IMG/VR virus record: IMGVR_UViG_3300042940_001453
Coordinates: 62,001-126,000 of that record
DNA length: 64,000 nucleotides
DNA from: an uncultured virus (IMG/VR IMGVR_UViG_3300042940_001453)
Taxonomy: Duplodnaviria > Heunggongvirae > Uroviricota > Caudoviricetes
Strand: one strand, 5' to 3'
Within the stretch, counting starts at the first letter, position 1; every line of letters starts with the position of its first letter. Positions 18,275 through 27,386 of this stretch are shown here, piece by piece. The notes beneath the pieces were generated by a model, which was not told the DNA's origin, did no database searches, and saw nothing but the letters and a program-made list of their open reading frames with translations. Position numbers and translations under genes: made by a program.

Positions 18275-21200
18275 TTAGGCAGAAAATTGAGCGCCCGTTG
18301 GGAGTATATTAAAATCGAGTATAATAAACTCAGCGGTTCTAGTTGGTTGGATATAGATTTGTCCGTAGAGGATGTTACGATCAATCAAGTCAGGAGTATT
18401 GTTTTCAGCATCCATCTTGACTTGGAATGCGTAGATACCGTTACGTTGTTGTACTGATTCCAAGTATGGTGTTACGATACTCAAGAATCGGTTACGTGTA
18501 GAAGCAACATTTTGTTCAAACACCAAGTAGTTGCTTGAACTTGCGATAAACTTCTTCAAGTTGATCAACAAGCGGCGAACATTGATGCGATCCAAAGCGC
18601 TTGGAGCAATTTGTAGAGTCTTTTGACCCCATACACAAATGCCTTGGCCTGGGAATGCTGCGATTGGATTTACACGACCTTCATATAGTTCATCACGTTC
18701 ACTGTGAGTTACTCTGTCGAGTACTTGTACAGCGGTTGGAATACCACCACGGTTTAGACCGGCTGGAGCATACCATTCAGCAGCAGCATTATCGTTAGCA
18801 GCATAAACTGCTGGTAACACTACTGAAGGTGGAACACTAATAATCTTGTTGGTATTAGTATCTAGGATCTTAACCCAAGGATAATAAGTACCTACATAGT
18901 TACTATCAATTGTAGCTACAGTGTTAATTGCGGCATCAATCAATCCTACAGTTTGGTTACTTGCTGGGAACACTACGTTATCCATAATGTAGAAACAGTC
19001 TTGACGAGTTTCGCACATATCGATTACTAGTTCAGTTACGTAACTGTGTTGTTCACGGAAGATACCTGGAGTTACGATCAAGTTGATATCAAATTCATCT
19101 GGATTACCGATTGCAGCAATTGCTTGCTTATAAGCGATACTACCTGGACTATTGATATTTGTACAATCTAGACCTTGTGTATTACCAGCGGTAATGTCAC
19201 TGCCTACATTGATTGGAATTGCTGGCCATTGACCTTCAAATCCACCTTGGAAACCTACGATAAACTTACGTAGTTTAACGTATGTAGATTCATTTACAGC
19301 ATCATATGTACTTGGGATACTACCACTCAATGTTGGTGATAGTAGTGAACCAGTACTTACATATGTACCTTGAGCATAGAATTTACTGTTTGTAGTACCC
19401 CAAACTTTATCTTCTAGATCGAAGTCAATGTTTGTACCATTGCTATCTGAAGCACCATAATATGGTAGTGGCTTGAAGTATTGTTTAGTGTTATTTTCTA
19501 CACCAACACCAAATGAAGATGTTGGATATAGTGCTTGGATTTCAGTATCAGTTCCTGGAACACTACCGAATACTGTACCAGATGGATACTTACCAGGTCC
19601 GAGACCATAGATACTTGCTTTACTGTATTGTACAGCAGGTACATAGTTGCTTGCGGTACTATCAATTGGAGTACTATATGATTCAAATCCGTATGGTACG
19701 CAACTTACTGGGTAAGAAACGTCACTGGCTTCGATTCTGATATACTTACTCAAATTATTGAAATCGCCAAATTGAATTAACTTACCAGCATAAGTGATAT
19801 ATGCGTATCTGTTACCAATTCTACGAGCAACATAATTTGCGGATTCTGGATCCAAATTCAAGTTTTGGAAGATTTCCAAATACTTTGGCTTCTTATCAGT
19901 ATCGCTATAAGCACGTACTGCTAGTGTGAAACTACCCCATTCACTACCTGGAACTGTTCCTGCCAACTTAACATTACTAATTTCAATCTTGAACTTAGTG
20001 TTGCTCAATGTACCGTCACTCAAAGTGTGAACCTTGAACAACTGGAACTTGGTTGGAAAAGCAGCTACATCGGCGCTACCTTTAAATGGAGCAATCTTTT
20101 GACTGTAGATCCAAGGAGTAGAAGCATTGGTGATACTGAATTGACTATCACCGTTATTCAAATCAGTGCTATATTGATCAACAAACTTTAGAGGTTCGCC
20201 AACAATTGAACTTCCTGATAGGTTACTTGTACCAACTTGTAGTCTCCAACCATAAGCGCTGGTCTTTTCAGCTACGAACTTCTTGATGCTATCTTCGAAT
20301 AGTACGTAGTTGTAAGCAGCTTCAACTTTTTGACCAGCAATTTGTTTGTTAGGATTACCAACAGTTGGGTCTACGCCAAATACATCTTTGATGTAATTAT
20401 TGTCGTTTTCATTCAAACTGAAGTCGTAGTAACCGTATGTACCAGCACTTGTACCACCGGCTGGATTTGTGTAACTATACTTCAATGCCAAGTTGTAAAC
20501 ATTTTCATTAGGATTAATTACACCCTTGTATGGGAATGTGCTACTTGTTAGTTGAGTCAATGTTGAGGTATTGAAACCAAATACTTGATAATCACTGGTG
20601 AATTGTGATGAAGCATTTTGGGTGTTTGCCAATACTGACAAGATCATCTTTTGACGACCTGTTAATACTGGATTACATTGATCTGCGCTTGGATTATCTT
20701 GATTTGTGAATCCGCCATTATATTTACCAAAGGAACCACTTACCACACCTCTTACTTGTAGACCAGCTACACAAGTTCCAACACCACGTAGTGAATGGAA
20801 ACTACCACTTTCAAGTGTCAATGGTGTGCCTGCTTGAACATTGAAGTTGGTTAGGTTATAAGCGATAGTACTATTGAAATAAGATGAACTTACTAGATCA
20901 ACGGTTGTTGTACTTTCGTCGAATGCGGTAGCTACAGCGGTTTCATTATCAATATTTGTACCTTGTAAACTTGATGTTAACAAGAAGAATGAAGTTCCAA
21001 CTGGTTTTGCATTGCCGTTTGCCAATGTACTGGTTGTAAACTTACGTACTAATATTCCTGATGAAACTGTACCAATGTCTACTACTTTACCAGCATACAA
21101 GATGCTACCACTCAATGATCCAACTCCATCAACGTCTGTTGCGGTAACAGTACTAGTTGCTGCAGCAGATCCAAACTTAACGTTTAATGATCCACTAATA

Positions 21201-22189
21201 ATCATTCTGGAGATATCAATGCGTTGTACCAATTGAATCGAAGAACTTAATCCAGCACCACTCAAACTTGCAGTTGCAAATGAGAAGGATGAATTTGCGT
21301 CATAATTGGCAAAAACCAAACCAAATGTATTTGGTGCGGTAAATGAGGCGGTTAAGTAACTATTATTTGAACTATCAAATGTTAGTTTGTACTTACTTGA
21401 ACCACCGCCACCGACAGTAACGCTACCGCTTATACGTGATTTTTCAAAATCAAATGCGGCTAAAGCGTGATCTACTGAAGATCCTGCTTTTGCAACTTTA
21501 CCGTTTCTAGCTACAACTGAGCTACTAAATAGTTCATAGTGTCTAGTAGAAGTTACTTTGAATACTTTACCCAAACTGGATGAAGTTGACAAAGAAGCAG
21601 ATAGTGCATTTACACCTGTCAAACTACCCAAACTTGCTAAGAAAGAAGCAATTTCTGATGTAGTTACTCTAGAAAATGTAGCTGAACCGGTTATTGTACT
21701 TCCAGTTGAACCCTTGATTTCAGCTGATCCTGTAATGTTGATTGCGGAACTGCTTTGTTGATACTTAACGTTTGATACATAGTTAGTAGTATCAATGTAC
21801 ATAAATGAAGCTGTTGTGATAGCACCTTTATCAGCATTTCTGTTCCAGATACCTGGTTGAGCATATACAATCAATGGATTCTTCTGCCAGTAACCAGTAA
21901 GACCACCTACACGAACTACGGTAACGATGCCTTGTTGTAGTAGATATTCTTTGGCGGTGTATGGTCCATAATACACACCGTCAGCGACACCAAATCTTGT
22001 TTCCAAGTCGGCTACGTCGGTTATTGTATTTGGAAAAAACGCTGGTCCATCAGCGAATGGAGCTACTATTGCTCCTCCAATGTTTGCTACTCCTTGAGCC
22101 AGACCGGAGAGGTCGTTTTCACGTGTGAATACACCTGGGCTTACTATATTTTGTGTTGGGGCGAATCTACCGCCTTCTTGTATTGGCAT
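18275..22189 (-). CDS. Contractile tail sheath protein (gp18-like) with a large Ser/Thr/Gly-rich insertion
   Basis: N-terminal SPGVFTRENDLS; C-terminal YYPWV, VPPS, WYAPAGLNRG, RVNPI, WGQKTL, RINVRRL, FEQN, IQPTRTAEFI; GAAAGGA RBS. Confidence 0.95.
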   Translation of the reverse strand: MPIQEGGRFAPTQNIVSPGVFTRENDLSGLAQGVANIGGAIVAPFADGPAFFPNTITDVADLETRFGVADGVYYGPYTAKEYLLQQGIVTVVRVGGLTGYWQKNPLIVYAQPGIWNRNADKGAITTASFMYIDTTNYVSNVKYQQSSSAINITGSAEIKGSTGSTITGSATFSRVTTSEIASFLASLGSLTGVNALSASLSTSSSLGKVFKVTSTRHYELFSSSVVARNGKVAKAGSSVDHALAAFDFEKSRISGSVTVGGGGSSKYKLTFDSSNNSYLTASFTAPNTFGLVFANYDANSSFSFATASLSGAGLSSSIQLVQRIDISRMIISGSLNVKFGSAAATSTVTATDVDGVGSLSGSILYAGKVVDIGTVSSGILVRKFTTSTLANGNAKPVGTSFFLLTSSLQGTNIDNETAVATAFDESTTTVDLVSSSYFNSTIAYNLTNFNVQAGTPLTLESGSFHSLRGVGTCVAGLQVRGVVSGSFGKYNGGFTNQDNPSADQCNPVLTGRQKMILSVLANTQNASSQFTSDYQVFGFNTSTLTQLTSSTFPYKGVINPNENVYNLALKYSYTNPAGGTSAGTYGYYDFSLNENDNNYIKDVFGVDPTVGNPNKQIAGQKVEAAYNYVLFEDSIKKFVAEKTSAYGWRLQVGTSNLSGSSIVGEPLKFVDQYSTDLNNGDSQFSITNASTPWIYSQKIAPFKGSADVAAFPTKFQLFKVHTLSDGTLSNTKFKIEISNVKLAGTVPGSEWGSFTLAVRAYSDTDKKPKYLEIFQNLNLDPESANYVARRIGNRYAYITYAGKLIQFGDFNNLSKYIRIEASDVSYPVSCVPYGFESYSTPIDSTASNYVPAVQYSKASIYGLGPGKYPSGTVFGSVPGTDTEIQALYPTSSFGVGVENNTKQYFKPLPYYGASDSNGTNIDFDLEDKVWGTTNSKFYAQGTYVSTGSLLSPTLSGSIPSTYDAVNESTYVKLRKFIVGFQGGFEGQWPAIPINVGSDITAGNTQGLDCTNINSPGSIAYKQAIAAIGNPDEFDINLIVTPGIFREQHSYVTELVIDMCETRQDCFYIMDNVVFPASNQTVGLIDAAINTVATIDSNYVGTYYPWVKILDTNTNKIISVPPSVVLPAVYAANDNAAAEWYAPAGLNRGGIPTAVQVLDRVTHSERDELYEGRVNPIAAFPGQGICVWGQKTLQIAPSALDRINVRRLLINLKKFIASSSNYLVFEQNVASTRNRFLSIVTPYLESVQQRNGIYAFQVKMDAENNTPDLIDRNILYGQIYIQPTRTAEFIILDFNILPTGAQFSA

Positions 22190-22268
22190 AATATTAATAT
22201 CCTTTCGAAGTTATATTTAAAATATAAATATAACCGAAAAATCGAAGAACTAACTATTTATTATAACT

Positions 22269-24413
22269 TTAAATTTTTTGTTCTATTAATAGTTGATCTA
22301 TGGTATCCATAACCATTTTTGGAGTTATTTGTTTGGTACATTCAAACTCTTCTCTCTTATCAGATTTTGGACACCACTTCCAATTTCCCTTGTCAAATAG
22401 CGAATCATTCCAACATCCTGTACACACCGAGTGGTTTTGTACTCTATAAGGAGTATCAAATTCAGTATATGGATATGAGAACCCGCTAATTAATACTACT
22501 GGTTTTTTAACTGCCCAAGCTAACCAAGACAATCCTGATGGTAAACCTATAAAAAACTCACTGTGATATATTTGATTCATACGATCAACCAGTGGTTTAT
22601 CTCCTGTAAAATCTAAAGCATTGGATGGCATACTATTCATATAATCCGATCCATTTCCGAATGTTTTGTGTTTATCTATGCATATTACTTCAAATCCCTT
22701 TGATTTTATATATTCAACAACACGTTCCCATCCGCCTTTATTGTTCCAATATTTGGCTTGACACGTACTTTGTGTTGCAATTGTGACGTATCTCTTTTTT
22801 AGAGGTCTTTCTTTGATTTCAAAGTCAAGCAATGGTAATTCTGGTTCATATGGTAACCCTAAATAGTCACTTGCTATTTTTTGTAGAGGTTGTTTTCTGG
22901 GATCTGTTTTGCATCTATCATTGTTAGATCCATTTTCGTCTACATAATATCCCAGTTTATAAGTTGCAAATGCATCTGAAATAGGTTTGTTATTGTGAAC
23001 AAACTTAATTGAAGGGTATTTGTTTTCAAAAATATTTTTCAAAGGTAACTTGACATAAAGATCACATTCGTGTTTTTTTCTAAACTGTTCAATTATAGGC
23101 ATCCAAGCCAATTGATCGCCTAAAGAGTAACTTTCATATTCAATTACTACTTTCTTATTCTTTAAATTTAACTTATATGTTTCGACCAATTCATTAGTCT
23201 TATTATCTTTAATGTGAATTTCATAGGGAATGTAATATGTAAAATTACAACTTCCCCACCAATTATGTTTTAAATCAGTTTCATATTTAATACTATTATC
23301 GTCACCATTATAGAATGTTATGTGGAAACTTTGATCTACGTCTACTGGGTTATCCACTTCAATCTTGGCATTATCATTGAATGAATATTTAAATACCGCA
23401 TTTGTTTTAATACTCTTTTCATTCTTTTTAAGATTTTCATAAACATCGATGTGTTTAATAGCAAACAATCGTTCAGTATATTGATCATATAAATCGATTA
23501 ACTGGTCTACTCGGTTGGAATAGGAATTTTCCTTAGCACACTCCAAAGCTTTGGTTTGATATCGACTATAATCAGATGTGATTTGTTGTATTGCGGATTT
23601 TATTTGTTCTACATTTCGTTCAACAACAACCATACCTTTATATGATTTTTCCTCAAACGTACCTACCACAGGTAAACCACAACTCATTGCTTCTAAAAGC
23701 GTTAGATTTGGATGTCCTGCTTCCAATTCAGATGGGTGTATGAATATAGAATGGTCATTATATAAATCGATCAACGATTCTTCATTTAAATCAAATACTT
23801 TTGTCAATTTATCATACTGATTTAATTCTTCATCTAATATATCAAAGAACTTTTTATTATTAGATGGTCCAGCAATAGTAATTGGATATCCTAATTCTTT
23901 AGCCACTTTAATCGCATATGTGAATCCTTTTCTATCATATGATTGATTATTGGCATAACCATTATTTGCAACACACAACAGTTTATTTACTGGAATTTTG
24001 TTATTTTTATGTTTAAACACATCGGTATTTACCGCGTGGGAAAAATAACGTAATTTTTTACTTCCGAAATAATCAACCAAATATTTGGCAGGACAAGTGG
24101 ATATTACACTATTTTCAATTGCTTGTAAATTCTCTTTATATACAGATGAATCTTTGCCATACAAATAAGCGTGATGATCGTGTAAACTAAAGATATAAGG
24201 TATGCCTCTTTTATGACATTCATTTGCCAGATTTGCTACGTGTATATGTACGATTATATCGTCTGAATATTTAATTTCATTCAAATACTTTATCTGACAT
24301 TCTAATCCCTTTTTGTTTAACAGTTGATGATAATCCCAAATGATTTTTTCAACTGCACCCCATCCATTAGGCGGAATAGGCAATAACCCTAAATTAACTT
24401 GTATAATTTTCAT
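22269..24413 (-). CDS. Bifunctional glycosyltransferase: GT4-like domain plus Aah/TibC-type (autotransporter O-heptosyltransferase-like) domain
   Basis: N-terminal IPPNGWGAVEK...EAGHPNLTLLEAMSCGLPVV (GT-B); C-terminal SLGDQLAW, QSTCQAKYWNNKGGW, FFIGLPSGLSWLAWA, VVLISGFS, CTGCWN...WCP...FECTKQIT. Confidence 0.85.
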   Translation of the reverse strand: MKIIQVNLGLLPIPPNGWGAVEKIIWDYHQLLNKKGLECQIKYLNEIKYSDDIIVHIHVANLANECHKRGIPYIFSLHDHHAYLYGKDSSVYKENLQAIENSVISTCPAKYLVDYFGSKKLRYFSHAVNTDVFKHKNNKIPVNKLLCVANNGYANNQSYDRKGFTYAIKVAKELGYPITIAGPSNNKKFFDILDEELNQYDKLTKVFDLNEESLIDLYNDHSIFIHPSELEAGHPNLTLLEAMSCGLPVVGTFEEKSYKGMVVVERNVEQIKSAIQQITSDYSRYQTKALECAKENSYSNRVDQLIDLYDQYTERLFAIKHIDVYENLKKNEKSIKTNAVFKYSFNDNAKIEVDNPVDVDQSFHITFYNGDDNSIKYETDLKHNWWGSCNFTYYIPYEIHIKDNKTNELVETYKLNLKNKKVVIEYESYSLGDQLAWMPIIEQFRKKHECDLYVKLPLKNIFENKYPSIKFVHNNKPISDAFATYKLGYYVDENGSNNDRCKTDPRKQPLQKIASDYLGLPYEPELPLLDFEIKERPLKKRYVTIATQSTCQAKYWNNKGGWERVVEYIKSKGFEVICIDKHKTFGNGSDYMNSMPSNALDFTGDKPLVDRMNQIYHSEFFIGLPSGLSWLAWAVKKPVVLISGFSYPYTEFDTPYRVQNHSVCTGCWNDSLFDKGNWKWCPKSDKREEFECTKQITPKMVMDTIDQLLIEQKI

Positions 24414-26422
24414 TGTGTAATATCAATAGAACCGTTAATATCTATGTCTTCCAATCTTCTAAATGACTTTTTATAACTTCTCAATAAAATTTTATTTTGA
24501 TCATATAGATTATTTTCAATTTCATAGAAATTATTGTTTTCAAACTCGTTTGCTAAATAAAAACAAACCTTTTCTGATACCGTGTAAGAATAATTGTTAA
24601 CTACCTCTCCGTTCTTTTTTATTATTATCTCATTTATACGACCATCTAATTTATTATTGATGTATGTTAATACTCCAAACTTATTTATATTCTTCATCCT
24701 CAGAACCGATAGATATTCTACCATTGAGAATAAATTATTTTTACTATTGCTTAAATAAGATTCTTCGTTGTTTGTATAATCTATATGAAGATCGCTCTTA
24801 TTAGATATTAGTTTATTATAATAGAATTGTTCCAATCCATTTGATATATTTTTCTTGGTAACAAATTCCATATATTCTTCTGGCGTATAGTAATCAAAAT
24901 TATCCAAGAAAAATTGAGTATTAATTCCGTGAAATACTGTTTTGAATGTGTCACCTTCTAAGGCCTTATCATAAAAGAAAAATGCTTTCTTATTAATTAG
25001 AATTTCATCTACATCGTATAACTTTGAAAAATCTGATTCTGAAATGACCATATCATAATTGAAGCAAATTGCATTTTTGTATCCGATTTTATTTGCCAAT
25101 GATATGCCATTGTAATAGTTTAATAATACAGCAAGACCGTGATAATTATCACAATCGGAAGGTGGAAAAAATAAATTGATCTTGGTATTATCTGTGTTGT
25201 ATGTCCATCTATTATAGAAATTATGTTTTAAAATTGGATTGTTTGAGTCATATACATAATGATCAGCCGCTTTTTGCAAATCAACACTAGCAGGATAATG
25301 AGATGACAACAACACTTTATAACCAGCTTTTTTAGCTTGATTAATTGATTCCAAAGTTGTGTCTTCTACAGCTTTAAAATTGGGATGTGTTGATATGATA
25401 ACCACCGTGTTTTTATTTGCAGTTTTCTTTATATTAACAATCTCTATTTCAGAATCTGAAATCATCCCCAATTGATTCTTTATGAGTTTAACATTACGAT
25501 TAAAATTGGTTTCGTCTAGATACTTGATATTTTCAAATACCTTGTATCTATCAAGGTAAACAGGCAAATTGTACAATAGAGATGGTATATTATAAGATAT
25601 AGCCTCTTTAATTACAATAGGTGCTGTCTCTTTATCAGTTGCGTGACCTCTGCTAGTGAACAAAAACAAATCCATACAACTGTAGAAGTTTTCTACATCT
25701 TTGCGTTCACCCCAAACTTTTACATTACTCGGTAAATTATCCAACAGAGGTTGCCAATAATTTTTGAAGTTATCAGCCATATTACCCAGACAATGAAATT
25801 GAATATGTTCTTTTTCCATTGCACGAGCATATTCTATAAATTCTTTTTGGTTTTTTCTAGGAGTAAACAATCCAACGTGTAATACGTGTTTTTTACTTTC
25901 ATCCAATCCCAAAAATTTCAATCCTTCAGATCTATCTTTTCTACACTTCACAGAAATTGGATATTCAATAACTGTAGTATTTATGCCTAAAGATTCGACG
26001 TTTTGTTTCTGATAATTACTTACGAATGTAAATTTATCTGGAAAAACACGCTTTCTTCTTGGATCAAAACTACTATCGTGCGAAGTTTCCACAATTAGAT
26101 ATTCTCGGTCTTTATTATAGAGTTTAGTAGCCAAGTTAACATCCATAAAGTATTCTGGCATTTCCTCCAAATGAATAATGTCAGGTTTTATATTGTCAAC
26201 TAACTTTAGTAACTCAAATTTATTTGATGATAATGTGTAAAACCTCTTACCGCAAATTTTCTGAAGCTGCTTTCTTTGAACAACTAAAACTCCACCAGTA
26301 ATATCATCATATTCTACACAATATATTTCATAATCATTAATTAACGATTGTATTTTTTTCAATAAAAATTGAGGTAGTCCTCCAGTAGAAAGATGTGGAG
26401 CTATAAACAATATTTTTTTCAT
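24410..26422 (-). CDS. Glycosyltransferase (GT4/GT-B N-terminal domain) with additional C-terminal domain
   Basis: PHLSTGGLPQ, HVGLFTPRKNQ, DLFLFTS...ETAPIVIKEAISY; second half has an NYD motif suggesting another GT-like domain. Confidence 0.8.
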   Translation of the reverse strand: MKKILFIAPHLSTGGLPQFLLKKIQSLINDYEIYCVEYDDITGGVLVVQRKQLQKICGKRFYTLSSNKFELLKLVDNIKPDIIHLEEMPEYFMDVNLATKLYNKDREYLIVETSHDSSFDPRRKRVFPDKFTFVSNYQKQNVESLGINTTVIEYPISVKCRKDRSEGLKFLGLDESKKHVLHVGLFTPRKNQKEFIEYARAMEKEHIQFHCLGNMADNFKNYWQPLLDNLPSNVKVWGERKDVENFYSCMDLFLFTSRGHATDKETAPIVIKEAISYNIPSLLYNLPVYLDRYKVFENIKYLDETNFNRNVKLIKNQLGMISDSEIEIVNIKKTANKNTVVIISTHPNFKAVEDTTLESINQAKKAGYKVLLSSHYPASVDLQKAADHYVYDSNNPILKHNFYNRWTYNTDNTKINLFFPPSDCDNYHGLAVLLNYYNGISLANKIGYKNAICFNYDMVISESDFSKLYDVDEILINKKAFFFYDKALEGDTFKTVFHGINTQFFLDNFDYYTPEEYMEFVTKKNISNGLEQFYYNKLISNKSDLHIDYTNNEESYLSNSKNNLFSMVEYLSVLRMKNINKFGVLTYINNKLDGRINEIIIKKNGEVVNNYSYTVSEKVCFYLANEFENNNFYEIENNLYDQNKILLRSYKKSFRRLEDIDINGSIDITQ

Positions 26423-26425
26423 AAT

Positions 26426-27385
26426 TTACTTATTTAAGTATACGGTGTTCATATGTGATAGATTATGATCCAAGGCATTATCTTTGTGACTTAACTTGTA
26501 TCCTAAATTCTTAAATCTATCAATTATTTTAAGTAGATTTACGCCGTCATTGCAATGAAATTCAAAGAATATACTTCTAACATTTTTGAAGAAATTGTCA
26601 CTTGTATTTTCAAAAAACTCATATTCAGCTCCTTCTATATCAATTTTTAAATAAGTTGGCAATTCCAAATTATTATCTATTACAAACTTTTCTAAATTAA
26701 TAGCATCAACTTCAAATTCACCTTCGTTTCTAATTCTGGAAGCAACTGTAGATTCTGTGGTACCAAATCTTACTTTTTTAAATTCACTTGAAATCGCATT
26801 ATTAAACACTTTTGTGTTTTTACCATATCTGTTCAAATTATCGTTAAGATACTGTGAGAGTTCTGGATGTGGTTCAAATGCATATATTTGTTTGATATCA
26901 AAATTAGAACACGCAATAGAAAACGCACCAATATTAGCTCCCAGATCATAAACAACATCTCCATCTTTGATATTAAAATTTGATGTAAAATAATCATCGT
27001 AGAAAAATGTATGGTAAGATGGATAGGTTGTATCACCTTGTTTAGATTTTAAATCCAAACATCTAAATTTTTTAGTACCGTGATAATTTTTACTGAATAA
27101 TAATGTATTGTCTACATCGTGTATTTCTATGCAAATGCCAGGATGATTTTTATTTAAAATTTCTTTTATATAAAAAATGTTATAATTATAGGTCCACATA
27201 TCATGCCCCACTGTACAGTGGTGATACATAATATGTGAAATAAGATTGGAATCTAAACTTCGTATTGTTATTATAAACTCATAATTAACCGATGAATCAT
27301 TGATGGTTTTAAACACACCTTCATCCGTAATAATAATTGTTAATTTTCCAAACTTTTCCAAATAGATATCGTCGATAATAGGCAT
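26426..27385 (-). CDS. FkbM-family SAM-dependent methyltransferase
   Basis: VVYDLGANIGAFS, YAFEP, YLKIDIEGAEY, FFEFH. Confidence 0.9.
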   Translation of the reverse strand: MPIIDDIYLEKFGKLTIIITDEGVFKTINDSSVNYEFIITIRSLDSNLISHIMYHHCTVGHDMWTYNYNIFYIKEILNKNHPGICIEIHDVDNTLLFSKNYHGTKKFRCLDLKSKQGDTTYPSYHTFFYDDYFTSNFNIKDGDVVYDLGANIGAFSIACSNFDIKQIYAFEPHPELSQYLNDNLNRYGKNTKVFNNAISSEFKKVRFGTTESTVASRIRNEGEFEVDAINLEKFVIDNNLELPTYLKIDIEGAEYEFFENTSDNFFKNVRSIFFEFHCNDGVNLLKIIDRFKNLGYKLSHKDNALDHNLSHMNTVYLNK

Positions 27386-27386
27386 A

